The notes beneath the pieces were generated by a model. The model searched no databases, was not told the DNA's origin, and saw only the letters and a list, made by a program, of their open reading frames with translations. A program made the position numbers and the translations under genes. From contig CM035354.1 of assembly GCA_020137815.1 (NCBI GenBank), positions 6,696,001 through 6,760,000 on the forward strand: DNA of 64,000 nucleotides, read 5' to 3'. Shown in pieces: positions 1 through 26,964 of the stretch; position 1 is the stretch's first letter; each line of letters opens with the position of its first letter. The stretch comes from Hormiphora californensis. Lineage: Eukaryota; Animalia; Ctenophora.

Positions 1-1818
1 GACATGCAGGGGACTATGGGTACACGTGCACTTATGAGAAAGATACCCGTTGTTATAGCTTTTATCCGCCAATGAGGACATCATTTTTTAGAAAATCCAA
101 AAACTCCTTTAAAAACCCCAATGGTGGATGAAGAAATTTAAATAAAAACAGGTAAAAACCGAAATGTCATGACAAACCCAATAAAGCAGACCAGTACTAA
201 CCGCATCATCTTCCTGAAAAGATGACAAAACCCGACTGAACCATCCCAGAAGCCCGAAATTTAGGTGTTGGGGTTTTACCAAAACCTTCTCAATGTCATC
301 CCATGTGTCCCATTTTCCAGTCGTGTTGGAGCCACGGCAAAAACTATGGGGGGATCAGGAAAGGACCACTGTACGCTAAAAACTCAACTTGTAAACAATT
401 GTTACTCAAGGCTAGATTTTGGTAACGGACTACCGTTGGACTTTTAAAAAGGGATTTGCAACGACTACAAAAAATGCAAAAAATGCCATAGATTTTTTTA
501 TGGGTCGAAAGGAAAGCGAGGAGTTACTGAAATGAAAGGGGAAAAAATTCATTTTCCTCCGTCGAGAAAAAAATCGTTTTTTAAATTTCCTCCGGGCTAT
601 AAATGTAACATGGACTTGTGCGGTATCTGTCAAATGATTTACGCGACAGCCGAAAGCCCCGAAAGTCGTCTTATGATGACCCCAAAAACCCCAGTGGGAA
701 AAAAGCCATGAACAAATACTTGCCACTCAGAAAAACGTTCGTATGGCCTAAGATTTGGGAACAACTACCCAAAAGCCCAAGAGGTATCATCTTTGAAAAA
801 TTTTAAGCAAATTTGAAAAAAAACTTTTTAAAAATGTTACCCGAAGTAACGTGGTACGAAAACAGTGATCCCAAAGTAAACAAGGGCCCAAAATTTTAAA
901 CCCCCTCCTGCCGTTTAAAACATCCTTTTTCTATGGGTCCTGAGTTGACAAAAATTTTAGCTAAAGAAAAGACAAGACAAATCCCCTAAAAACAAACCCC
1001 CACACACACAAATTTAAACAAGCACACACTTTTTTTGTACAATTTTTATAATTTTTTTTATGTTAAAAAATTCTTAATCCCTAATTTATTATTTAATCAC
1101 CCAATTAACTTTTTTTTTTAATCAAAAATAACTATATTCAAACGACTTAGCTACCAGCTGTTTTCATCATTTTTTTTTTTTTTTTTTTGTACAATTTTGT
1201 CCAAAACCCTTTTCACTGTTTAATATATGAGAACTTTTCAATTTTTTCACTTCCCCCCACACATTTCAAAAATGACTCCCCCCTAATTCCTACAATTTAA
1301 AAATATTTTAAATCCCAAACATTATCTGTTTTTTTTTTTTCCCAAACGATTTTTATATTTTTTCCCCGGACAAATCTCTTTTTTTATTTTTATTTCTTTA
1401 TCAAAAATTTGCTTGAAAGGGATTTTTGGGAGAAGGGGATAGGACGCGGTGTTAGTTTTAACGATAATCTCGGTGTTCTTTAAGTATATCTTTAAGTTCT
1501 AGTTTTAAACGAGTAGTGAACTAGCATATTTAACGCATGATAGCGGGATATAAATATTCGATATTATTATTATTATTATTATTATACAGCTACGCCTCGG
1601 GAATCGTCGCTGTGATTTAAACCAGTTTAACAAGCTGGATGATTAAACTCCACTCTCCAGTTAAACTATTTTTGCCCCGCACTACCAAAATTCAACCTAA
1701 AATCGAGTCACCGTTAACACAAACGAACCGGATCCAAGCCGGTGGGCAATTATTTGTTAACAAACTAAAACTTATGACCAGCATAGCACTTCGTGTTAAT
1801 AGCTCGAGCTAATCACGT

Positions 1819-4800
1819 ATGGCTGAGCCGTTCAAGGCTCCCCTGGTACGGCGGCCATCGGTGATAGACCAGCATCTTGCTCAGCTCCTTCAGGCTGTTT
1901 CTATCGAAGTACAGGTAACAATACACTCTGTAATGTTCTATACCAATTAGTGTTTAGAAAAGTGACACTTTAATTGTTTAATTATTATTTAATTAATATA
2001 CACACTTTGTTGTAAAGTCTATATTGAGGGTTGTGAACTACTAACTAGAGTTTCATATATTTATGTTTAGAAAAGTGACACCATCATCAATTCCTTCTTT
2101 ATCAGGCTGGTAATGAGCTGATTGAGGATGGGATCTTGAGTCAGCTGGTGGAGCTTCTTGCCACGGACAGGGCAGAGAAAGCAGCGGAGATCATCGCAGA
2201 AATGGCCAAGAGTGAGGATAACAGGATAACGTTCATACAACAGGAGGTAATTGTAGTGAGGTATTATGTGAGGTATGAGGTAATTGTGAGGTATTATCTG
2301 AGTTAGGAGGTAATTGTGAGGTATTATCTGAACTATGAAGTAATTGTAGTGAAGTATTATCTCTCTAATTTCCGGAGCTCTATGTTGAACATCTGGCGGC
2401 TGATATAACCTTACCTCTGGATGATCAATTCCCTATTTAGCAGCGAGAGAAGGAATGAGAGAGAGATAGCTCTAGGTATTTTAAAACAGAGTCGTTAGCC
2501 CTTAGCTCTCTCAGGCCCCAGTGTGTGTTCCCCTCATTCTTCTCACACATACCCCCCTCCAAGGTTATTCCTTCCCTCGTTGAACTGGTGCAGAGCAGTG
2601 AGGCCCATGTGCTACGTCAGGCGTGTCGAGCACTCGGTAACATGTGTTTTGAGAGTCAGACAGGCCGACAGATTGTCCTCATGGAAAAGGGCATTCCTGC
2701 GCTGGCGTCCCGACTAAAAGAGGTAAATAGATTCTTCAAATGTGTATTGCAAATGTGTATTGTAAATCAAATGGATTCGAAATAAATACACATTGTTCAT
2801 TGTTTCACATCATTTCCTATTAACAGTTGCAGCCACGATGTGAGACGAGTAAAGGTGAAAATGAGATCCACTACATGTTGTGTGGCTGCTTACACACCAT
2901 TTGTATGGATCACGACGAGGTAGGTCGGGGGTTAGGGATTTTGAGGTTGAAATTAGGGATCGTGAGGTTGCGGTCGGGGTTAAAGTTTGGGATTTTGAGG
3001 TTCGGGTCGGGGGGGGGGGGGGGGGTTAAAGTTAGGGATTTTGAGGTTGGGGTTAGGGATTTTGAGGTTGTGGTCGGAGTTAAAGTTAGGGATTTTGAGG
3101 TTGGGGAAGGTTATTTATGACAGTTGGGTTTGGGTTGTGTAGGTTGAAGTTTGGTGAGTCAGTTAGATTAATTAACTATTTTTCATTTCATAATTTTCTT
3201 GGAAATACACATGGCACTGCGACCCATGTTGTATCATATTAACCAAGAACAAGTGTATTTCTCTCACGTGATATTTCTCTTTGTCTGATTTCTTAGCATA
3301 GTTCTTTGTTCTACTCTTTTTATTTCTCTCTCTTTCTATCTCTCTCTTTCTATATATATATATATCTCTCTCTCTCCCACTCTCTCTCCCATCTCCATCC
3401 TATGTTACTCATTCTTCACTTTCATTTCCACACAGACTCTATACACTCCGACACAACTTGCTTACCACGCTCTCAATCAAATTTATCCCCCACCAGGTTC
3501 AGAGAGAGGCAGTTTCCCATGGTATGTTGCCTCAACTAATGGAGTACCTCAAGTATAGCACCGACCCCAATGTCCTGAGATTCTCCCTCAACATCATTGC
3601 CACCCTGTTCGACCTGGGAGATGAGGTATGAGTGATGGAAAATATATTGAACCATATTAAAAGGGTATTTCTGTGATGGCCATTTTGTTCCGAACAAACT
3701 TTCCTCGTACCGATATAAAAAATACTTCAAACATGTGTGTGTTTCAGGTTACAGACATGGCATCAGAGTTGAACACTGTCACCATTGTATCCAAGATCCT
3801 CAAAACTTTTGATGATGAAACTGTAAGAAATATCACGGCGGGGGGTAGCCAATATTACATGATATTTACATGTTATATCTTCATGGGATTCGTCTCCCTT
3901 CTTAGTTCTTTTTATTTTCTTCCTTTATAATAACGCTAATATCCTCCAGGTTCGAGAAGCAGCCCTGGATGTGTTGGGAAACTACAACTTTATTTCAAAG
4001 GCCCTGACCCAGATGCAGCTTTATCAAGCGGGAGTGCTGGCACTTCTGGTGGAAATTATTAATACCTCACTTGATGAGACAGCAAGTGATGCTCTAGATC
4101 GAACAGCCTGTGAGGTGGGTACTAACCTCACTTGTTAACCTCTCCTTGATACTCGTCCCAGAAATTACCCGGATTGAGTGACCGAAAAATCACCCCTAAA
4201 ATTGGTCTTCATAACCATCGCATCTTTTTCTTTCTTCGGCCTCATTTTTATTTCCCTGCCCGGGTGAATGCCGAAGGCATTCACCCGGATGCCTTTTTAC
4301 TTTGTAAAAAGGCATAGCAGGGTTAGAATTCGAAAACGACATTTTGGTATACTAACTAATCGGTAGAGGGACATTTTTTGGTCACACTTTCGTTGCGAGG
4401 GCAACGGTGTAGCAACTAGAGCCGCGCGCACAGTGACGAGCTACTCCTTCATCAAACACCTCATTGACACAGTTTGATGGACGTGTGTGTGCGCGCCACT
4501 CAACAAAACATGAAATGCTCTGCCGCGCGTTTCGCGTGTTACATACACAATACACATTTTCATCTTGCGAGTCGAGTGTGAGATGTTAGATAAGTAGTTA
4601 AGTTGGAATGTCAAAAGCTGGTTAGCAAGTGTCATGTGATTGGGAGTTAGCTAACTCTAAGCTATGTGAGAAGTATACTGACAGCTAGATCGTATGCATC
4701 TCACATTACATTATGACCAAGCCTTGATCCTGTTGGCAGTGACAATGTCACTGACATGTGAAACGGTAGGGCAGGGAAACACAGCATTATGAATACATAA

Positions 4801-6986
4801 TGCAATAATTTTGTCCTTTTTTTGCCCTGTTTTTAATAGGTTTTGTGTTTACGAGGTGTTTTAAACAGAAAAAAGGGGGTGAGAGAGAGGGGGAGAGAAA
4901 GGGGAGGGGGGAGAGGGAGGAGATTTTTAGTGGAAAAAAGTGGAGCGGTGGGGTGGGGGCATGAAAAGTGTAAAATATGCGGTTCCCAATTTTAGACAAC
5001 ACATATTCTCCTCTCTTCTCCTCTTTCCTTCTCCTCTCTCTTTTCCTTCTTCTCCTCTTTCCCCCCTTTTTCCCTTTATTTTTTAAGAAAAAAGGGCATT
5101 ATAGATGGCATATTCTTGCAAAACACTATGGAAAGGTTTTTTCCCTTTTCCCTGATAACCAGTCTAACATAGCAACTCCCTATTTCCCCCCGATATTGGG
5201 GGATAGTGAAAACAGATGGGATTTCAACTCGTATTTGAAGACACCAGTTTTTTATTGGTTGGGGGGGGCACAAAATGGTAAAAGGTACCAAAAACACTTA
5301 AGGGAACGGGAAATATAACCAGGTTACTATGGTAACCATGGTAAATATATAACAAGTAGTAAACATGGTTGCTATGGTAATAGAAAATTCAAATTTTTGT
5401 TTTTGTTTTGCCCCTTCTAAGGGAAAATGAAAAAAAAATTTGAGAAAATAGTCAAACTCTTTCCAAGCAAAAATCAAGTTTTATTGGTTGGATTAGAAGG
5501 GATCATTTAGAAAGAGTGACTACAACCTTGGGCCCTTTTAGGTTTCGTATTACCAAAACACTATAGTTTACGGATGAAAACCACTTTTAGGGGCATGTAT
5601 AGGAAATTGGCAACAAGATTAAAGTGCTGCCGGTGTCCAATAAAAACTGGGGGAATCCCCATTGGCTCTTGACGTGATTACATCAGAGAAAAAAATGGTT
5701 AAAAGGGTTTGGGCCGCGCGATGTTTGTCGTGCCAGGGGGGGTGGGAACACTTCATGCAATTTTAATTTGATTTTGTCGTGATTTTCATTAATGGGAACA
5801 GGGGAGGTGACTAAACTTCATTTTTCAGGTTGATGGTCAGAAACTCTGTTCACACGTTTTGGTCTAATGGTAGGATTTCCAAAAAGAGAAAGAGGTGATT
5901 AACGCAAAAAAGGTAGAAACCAAAAAATCCAAAGTATTTTAAGGACAACCCCAAAATAACTTAGACTTATTGGGGCAGGGTAATCTCTGTTTTTACCCTG
6001 TTGAAACAAGGGAACAATTGATCACTTCAGGGAAAACCTCTGTTTTTACTAGTTGACACATTGGGATATTTCTGTGAGGCTGAAGGGAGCCTCTAGAGCA
6101 TACTCACGCCTATAGCATGAGGTAACTATCCCCAGGTTAAGAACGGATCACTATCACCAATTCAGGACATGTCTATCAGTACCGGCATTTACAGTAGCCT
6201 TGAGAGATATACTACACGCCTACTCACTATTCAGATGGTAATGACCAAGTCCTGTGTCTACATGGTTCTGAATACGTGAACTTACTCTTACTCAATTCAA
6301 GGGACATTAATCAGTAATGGAAGTTCAAATTGAAGTGTTGTATCTGTATTAGTATAATTCTACTTAATCTATTGAATTGTTATGCAAACCGCTTGTAGTA
6401 TGGTCCGAATACAGATTCTCGATACTACACTGTGCAAATACGTGAAAATATTAATCATTGTGAACTGGAAGTGTAACAATAGAGAATGTGTGTGTACTGC
6501 TTGTATTAGTATAATTTCTTGGGGAATCTCTTGAATTATTCCTTGCTTAGAACAGCTGTAGAAGTAGGTGGGTCGCCGAATACAGATGTTGCGATGACTC
6601 ACCCTGTGAAGAAGGTGAAAATAGGCTTAGAATCAATGTTGTGAATCTCTTGTATATAAGTGTAAAGAATAAAGAGAGAATGTGGTTGCATTGTTCTTAT
6701 TTGTACACAACTCTGCCGGTTGAATGGAAGATACTGGGTAATGAAAAGGAGAGAGTGAGAGTGAGAGAGAGTGATAACTGAGAATGCGAGATAGTATGTG
6801 GCTATTGTTTGCCTGCTACCCATATACAATGTGAAATACGTGGATAGTAGTAGCATGAGATGTGTCTGTATATACCAACCTAGTGTAGCAGCTGGACAGT
6901 ACAAAATACTATGTGTCCCTCACACACCTGGGATAACCAAGTGCTGTTCTCGAGGTAGACTTATGATCGTTTTACCAGCATTTAGA

Positions 6987-7039
<53 letters not shown>

Positions 7040-8223
7040 CGAAAACACGTACGTTAGAATGAGTCCCACTACTCAATACACAGGCGATGCTCTCAGCTCA
7101 TAACTTCTCAGTCCTAGACTGGTTATGTTTTAGAAAAGTTATTAAAATACTGTCAAAAATGAGACATCCGGTCCCTGGCTGAGTAGTTCAGCTGACCTGT
7201 CTCAGCGCGAGTTCAGTATCTGGCATGGTTAGACATCTAGTAAAATATGTTTTCGAGGGGGGGGGGGGGGGGTGATGGTATGTTTTAGTCCTAGTCTACC
7301 GATAAAAGAAACTGGAAAGTAAACTCATTTGTTCATGTAATATATTCGTTCCGAGATATACGTCTGTGTGTGATATAACTGCACTGTCATCGCGGCTTGT
7401 TCCCCAGTTCATAATAATATCCACCCTTCCACAAACCCCAATCTATACTTGTTGAGTACAATATACTGCATGTGTGCAACAGCTCTGGTAACGATGTCAC
7501 ACGAGAGAGCTAGAGCTGCGAGATAATATTAATTCCACTCTGCACAGTTCTGCACAGCAGTCCAATGGAGTTATGTGTTGTGAAGATGTGTACATTAATT
7601 ACAACCCCCCTCTTGTTTCCAGGTCAGATATGCCCATGCTGATATTCAAGGCTGTGGCCTGTGTTCGGACGCTAGTTAGAGGTAGTAAAACCACTGCAAA
7701 CGATCTATCATCGGACACTGATCTTGTCAAGGTAGGCCATCGTGTGTTTATATCGGCAGCTTTATCTTGGACCCCCCCCCCCCCCCCGATATACCGATGA
7801 CCAATGAGCCCGATATAGTGGCCTGTTACCCTTCCCCCAAGCTGCCCGGTAAATCGGATCCCGACTGTATAACATGTGCTTAGATAAATACAGAATGGTG
7901 ATCCCGAACTACCCCACAATGTGGGACCCACATTGCATATTGTGGGACCCACATTGCATATTATGGTAAAGGGTAATTTCCGTAGACTAGAAGCACCTGT
8001 GACCTGCAGCAGGGTGGGGTGTAAAACCCATTGTACAAACACCACACTCCCTCTTTCTTTCTCTCTTCGCCAACACACAACCAAGAAGAGGATGACTCGC
8101 GAGAAGCGGAAGAGCGCTCTTATCGCGAGCCGGGAGCCTCGATCTCCTTCTTTCCTCTTCTCTCTCTATCTCTCTCTCCTCTGCTCTCTCTCTCTCTCTA
8201 TCTCTGCGTCTCTCTCTCTCTCT

Positions 8224-8263
<40 letters not shown>

Positions 8264-9928
8264 CTCTCTCTCACAAACAACACACACTTCCTACACTGTG
8301 GTACAATCTCCCATTCTTTTATGTATGGCTCCCCGATCCTCTTTTATTCAATCCTTCGTCGTTCTTTATTTCTTTGTCACACTCCGTCTTCTTTCTCTCT
8401 GTCTTCCTCCCACTTGGTATAATAGAAATCATCAAGAGAAAATATCTGGAGTGTGTGAGGAGTGTGTGGACAACAATTATCACCCGATAATATTTAAGTA
8501 TTTAACCCAGCTGCCACATAACGCACCTGAGTTCTAAAATACCCCAATCTACCCTTGATCGTGGTGTTGTACCATTGAGTTACTATGCGTTACCACACCT
8601 GTTATAGTAGCAACAGCTGCAAATAATCAGTATGTTCCTAATTATAGTCCTCACTTTCATTCTCTCCCTCCCTCATTCTCTCTCTCCCTTTAGGATTCCT
8701 TTATTATATAACAATTATGCCTTCAAACCACCTCTTTTTCACTCCCCCCTCCAGCCCCCCTCCCTATCTATCTGCATCCCAGGTGATAGCAGAGTTGCCT
8801 GGCAACTACAAGTACCACAATGGAATTCAGGGTGAGGCACCCAGGTTCCTCTGTACCCTGATTGTGGAGGCAGATCTGACAAAGGAATCAGCTACACGAA
8901 TGGTAATACATATCATCTTTACATTTAGACATGTCAATAGTCAAATCAACATTCAAGAATAGACAATTCATTAAATCTTGTCTTGGCTAGTTAGTAATTA
9001 TCGCTAATTAATTGATGACTTTCTCCAGTGATAATGATTAATTATCACTAATTACCTTTAGGTGTCAGCAGGGGTAGTTCCTGTAATTATTTCCATGACA
9101 AAAACTAAGGAGTATCCAAAAATCCAAGTCGAGGGTTGGCTCGCCATTCAAAAGGTATTTAATTCAATCAAGTTACGATATAATTCTCAAAATTATCTTA
9201 ATTCAAATATTTTGACAACCCTTTGTTAAATTAAATCAAACCTTCAATTTTCCCATAATTTAATCACCCCCTCAGTTATTACACACCCTGCGAGATGACC
9301 CTGAGCAAGTGCTCTTATCTGCCCGGGGTGGAGAGGAGGAGGAGGGAGAGAGTGGACTATTTTCAGCGTGCCAGGAATGCCTTACGGAGGAGACGAACCC
9401 CAATGTCAGGATACTGGCTCTCAACATAATTAGGTGCGGGGGAAATTAAATCACTAATCTCACCCCCCCCCCCACGTGATGAGATTCAATTAAATGTTTG
9501 CAAATCTGTCACAGATAAAACAAATGAAGCATTGTCTTCTCTTCACCCCCTGGACTGATAACAAATAACAAGTCACACGTCACTCAGGCGCCAACTGGAC
9601 CTCCCCCTCTCCCCCTTCTCTTTTATAATGGGATTTATTTCAAATTCCACTCGGGCAAATCGCATATATTTAGATTAACATATTCACTATTCAGATTAAT
9701 ATTCATATTTACAGATGCCTAATAACAACCCCCCCCCCCACACCCTTCTTTCCACCCTCATAATATGGGATGCCTAACAACCCCCTCTCCCTCAGAATGG
9801 TATCTGGTAGTGTCAGGAGTAAGCAAGTAATGGAATCCCTCTCTGACCACCTCTCTCGGCTATCTGCCAATGACTCTGATGTTCCTGCACAACAACTAGC
9901 ACGGGAAATTCAGGAGTCTCTTGGTTGA
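1819..9928 (+). CDS. RAP1GDS1: Rap1 GTPase-GDP dissociation stimulator 1 (SmgGDS)-like armadillo-repeat protein, multi-exon; middle exons unreadable
   Basis: GT-AG exons from ATG 1819 give ARM-like peptides AAEIIAEMAKSE, LRQACRALGNMCFESQTGR, MPMLIFKAVACVRTL, GIQGEAPRFL and VSAGVVPVIISM..YPKIQVEGWLAI, resembling SmgGDS. Stop TGA at 9926-9928. Exons expected in 4790-6400 appear corrupted. Confidence 0.7.
4251..4779. mobile_element. Non-autonomous DNA element (short inverted ends plus a hairpin) in a RAP1GDS1 intron
   Basis: tttccctgccc ... gggcagggaaa inverted ends; perfect 13-bp stem with GAA loop at 4260-4288. Confidence 0.5.
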
Positions 9929-10291
9929 ACTTTGTGATGATGATATGATTTGACTTTTATTTGTATCCCGACCCCCCTCTTTGTGTCATGATAATTCGTT
10001 TAGGTTTTAGCGTTCCTTTTTGGATTCAACCGTCCGTGTATTCTTCTCTTGTATGTGGTAGCACCCAGGGGGCGAGCAGGGTCCAGGGGCTGCTACTAGC
10101 ACCGCCTGGCAGGCCCGGCCTCCAATAATTGAAGGCCGAGTTTTGTTACCGTCTCTGATTTCACTCAAAACGCGGGTGAAGCTATCACTCGTTTTTAGAT
10201 AACTCAACTTGAGATCTTGGCGCGAGTGCGCGCACAACTCTAACCCTCCCGTTTTCCCCGGATTTACAGAATTTCCCCCTGATTCCACAGA

Positions 10292-14607
<4,316 letters not shown>

Positions 14608-15224
14608 GTGGTGTTGTGATGAGACGGGGTTGTGATGAGATTGGATAATGCATGAGAGGGAGAGGGAGAGTGACAATATATCCCCAATATATTTTACCCC
14701 TGTATGCGCCACAGATTGCCTTCATATCATATCCAGCCAGGTCAGGGTGAGAAAGATCTAAGATATGGCACTCTGTAAAGAGAAGATAAGCATGTTCATG
14801 ATGATTTTGTGCGAGGGCTTCACATTTTTCTACGTATTTTTATCCAGAGTTTTATCCTGTAATTTATTCATTTTGAAATTTATTCCAAAATTATGATATG
14901 ACTTGTATTCTTTGGATATTTATTTGGAAAATAGGGTTCAGGATCGGTCGGATCGAGAAACAGAACTCAGAACACGGTGGAAGAGCTGGGGTCGGAAAGA
15001 TGCTTCGTTACGAAGTTACCCCTTGCCAGTGTGAGGTGTCTTCGATACCAAGAAAGATGCAGCAAGAAACAATTTGCACGTGCAACAGGAATCACGCAGC
15101 AACAAGTTCCAACTCTCATCATGACGATGCAGCTGCACCACACTGTCACAGAGAAATGTCACCGCGCGCGACGCAAAGCAATGTCCCAAACTGTGACCGA
15201 TTTGTCAAAAGGGCGCGTCGTGTG

Positions 15225-15379
15225 TAAAGTCGGATTTTTTGAAGTTGTCACCCCCCTCTTCGTGCGCGGAATGTTTTTGCGCGTCACATCACATGTTAAC
15301 GTGTGGTGTGCGCGTCAAAATGAATAAATTTCACATGCGCGGTCATTTTGGGGTGACAACTTCAAAAAATCCGACTTTA
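15225..15379. mobile_element. MITE with ~30-bp terminal inverted repeats
   Basis: taaagtcggattttttgaagttgtcacccc ... ggggtgacaacttcaaaaaatccgacttta. Confidence 0.7.
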
Positions 15380-15669
15380 AAATGTACTGTGTATAAAATT
15401 CAGAGTACACTGATCCAGGCCAGGGCCTAATGAATTCTGGTGAAACTTTAGGGCGTGGTATCTAGGTAACTGGTTAGATGGAATTTGCACGTGCAGTATT
15501 CGTGATTTTAGTTTTTTGTGTTTTCGGTCGGATTTCCAACCGTCCATGTCCAAGTCGGCCGTTATTCAACCGATGATTTTACTTTGAAGACCACTTCTTC
15601 ACCCGAGATTTTACCACCAACACTCCAAATTGGATTTTAATCACACCATTCTAATCACTCAACATCAAC

Positions 15670-17872
15670 ATGGTACGTTCATTTCCCAATCAATTTAACT
15701 TTCTAGATTTCCTGACTTCTGTTGACATCACATCACACTCATCCACTAGGGTAGAGAATGCATATCCGTACATATAGGCCAAGCTGGCTGCCAGATTGCC
15801 GAGAATCTTTGGGAGCTATACCTCCTAGAACATGGCATAGGGGAGGATGGGGCCGTATCAGATTCGATCAGGGGTGCCAACAAGAAAGTGTTTGAGAACT
15901 CGTATGACACGATATTCAACGAGACTGATCACGGGCAACTTGTTCCAAGGACAATTGTTGCTGACCTGGAACCAACTGTAACAGGTAAGAACTTTTTTCA
16001 TGATTTTGTAGGGCCATTTTTACCTTGCAATAACAAACCCATATTATCTTCGGATCTTCCCAACACCCAACACATTTAATTCTGTAGATGGACTGAGGAC
16101 GGGCAAGTACCGGGCCCTATACCACCCGGATCAGATCATCAACTCAAAAGAAGACGCCTCCAACTGCTACGCCCGGGGTTACTACACCCTCGGAAAGAAC
16201 ATCATCGAAGACACCATGGAACAACTTCGGAAACAAGTTGAGGCGTGCGAGTGTATCCAGTCCTTTTTTGTGTTCCACTCTTTTGGAGGTGGCACAGGAT
16301 CAGGTTTCACCTCCCTGCTCCTGGATCACATTGCAACTGAGTTCACCTCCAAGTCTAGACTTGCCCTGGCCATTTATCCCTCTCCAAATGTAAGTACAGA
16401 CATTTAAATATTCGAGGTGTCGAACCGATAAGTGAGACTGAGACTGTAGTTGAGAAAGGGAGATGAGTTAGTTAGACTGTTCACAGTCAGAGACGTCCTT
16501 CAATTTGAACCGAGTAACTGCCTAGGTAATTATTGACAATAGGTTACCTAGTAAATAGTCAGCTAGTTACCCTTCAAACGAGTTGAAAAGTCTGAGAGAC
16601 GTCTTCCCGCTACTATTGTTACAGTAGTTTTGCAACCGATAGACTAGGTCTTGGCAGGACCATTCTGCCATTTCCTCCAGGACGGCGTCTAAAACTACTA
16701 CCCTACTAAAACTACTACCCTCTAAAACTACTCTCCCTTGCAGGTGTCTACAGCGGTGGTAGAGCCGTATAACGCAGTACTACTGACCAATACTAGTATG
16801 GAGAATATGGACGTGGTGTTTCTTGTTGATAATGAGGCCATGTACCAGCTCTGTAGGACACGATTGGGAATAGAGCGACCTAGCTATATCAATCTGAACA
16901 GGTCGGAGAGAGCAATTGAATTTAATATGTTACTGCAAAATAATGATCATATATCTAAGTTTACCATCTCTCTCTCCAGATTGATATCCCAAGTGGCCAG
17001 CACCATTACATGCTCATTACGGTTCAGTGGGTGTCTAAATGTGGACCTCAGCGAATTCCAGACCAACCTCGTCCCCTTCCCACGGATACACTTCCCCGTG
17101 ACCGCATTTGGGCCAATCAGAAACCCAGAACAAGCATATCACGAGGTTTGTATTTGGGGGAACCCAAATCTAATCAGAATAACAAAGCTGTTATGTGACC
17201 TCCTCAGTTCTGACACTCTTTATCATTACTTTCAGTGCAACACAGTAAAACAGATCACAGAACAGACATTTACGAACACCAATCTGTTCCTGAAGTGTAA
17301 CCCTAACCATGGCCGTTACATGGCCTGTGGACTTCTTTACCGAGGGGACGTCATTCCTAAGGACGTGAACAATGCCATAGGTGCCCTCAAACTCAAACGA
17401 CAGGTAAAGGACCATTTCAGACTTCGCTGGGTAGGGGCTTGCTCAACTCTCAATGATACATCTTTAACTTACTGCAAGATTAGAATAACTGTTGGCCCCT
17501 ATTGTCCCCTATTCCATTCATATCATAACCTCTCTTTCACCCTAGGTTCAGTTTGTGACTTGGTGTCCCACCGGTTTCAAGGTTGGAATCAACCACCGGA
17601 ATCCAGTGAGCCCACCAGATGCAGATGTGGCTGTTACAACCCGATCTCTCTGTGTTCTTTCAAACAACACTGCCATTGGGGAGGTATGGGCCCGACTTGA
17701 CCACAAGTTTGACCTCCTGTTCACACGGAGGGCCTTTGTCCACTGGTATGTAAATGATTGCATGGAGGAGGGCGAGTTCTCAGAAGCCAGGGAGAATTTG
17801 GCCATGTTGGAACAGGATTATCAGAGTGCATACGAAATGGGGAAGGAGGAAGAGGCCCCCGCTGAGGTATAA
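15670..17872 (+). CDS. Divergent alpha-tubulin-like protein, multi-exon
   Basis: ATG-only first coding exon, then [16 protein letters not shown]; [11 protein letters not shown]; [15 protein letters not shown]; AVVEPYN; [27 protein letters not shown]; [11 protein letters not shown]; [19 protein letters not shown]. Confidence 0.92.
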
Positions 17873-18172
17873 AGAACAAGAGAGGAGACTTCCTTCTAAT
17901 GTGAGACACGGACACCCATATGATACACCACCCCGATCCACGACCACCCAAGGAAACCTCCTGATAACAAGTTTACAGCTACAGGTTTTGCTGAAATGGG
18001 AACAAAATAGAGGGTATAATTGGACAACATTCGAGTTAATATTGTGTTAAAAACGTTTCACTTCGTAAAAAATAGAGTTATTTCTGATATCTAATGCTAT
18101 CATATATGAGTATCATTTGATTGTTACTGTTTCTAAGAGGCTCGAGCGTGGCAATCATACTAGTATGAGAGT

Positions 18173-26693
<8,521 letters not shown>

Positions 26694-26964
26694 TTTGTTG
26701 AGCTAGAGAGAGGGGAAGTTGTTAGAAATGTAGCTGTAAGTAAGTTAAACTGATCTGTATCAGAATCCTGAATTGACACGACCGTTTCTTCAGAATGATA
26801 TCAAATAAATAGTTCACATTATCAAGCTCACTAGATTCTAGAAATATGTACAAAATAAGATCATGTCCTATATCCAATATAACCTCTCTACCCAAGATGA
26901 TAGACTCCTCTAGATGATAGACTCCTCTTTATCACGTGCCTTTTGGAGATTCTCCAGTGTTGTG

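Noticed and set aside
1-1450. Possible gene remnant at the window start
   Set aside because: Homopolymer-rich, apparently error-laden sequence with no coherent frame or recognisable motif.
2925-3105. TTAGGG-containing repeats as an interstitial telomere
   Set aside because: TTAGGG occurs singly within a longer degenerate unit derived from the splice donor region, not as a hexamer array.
7921-8537. ORFs of 189 and 168 aa (also those at 11018, 49481 and 55968)
   Set aside because: Open frames produced by (CT/GA)n microsatellites inside introns or intergenic DNA.
10009-10291. RAP1GDS1-XRCC1 as a second operon via ttag|cg at 10009-10010
   Set aside because: The site is only ~80 bp after the RAP1GDS1 stop, and the proximal XRCC1 acceptor is CAG; too ambiguous to claim without transcript data.
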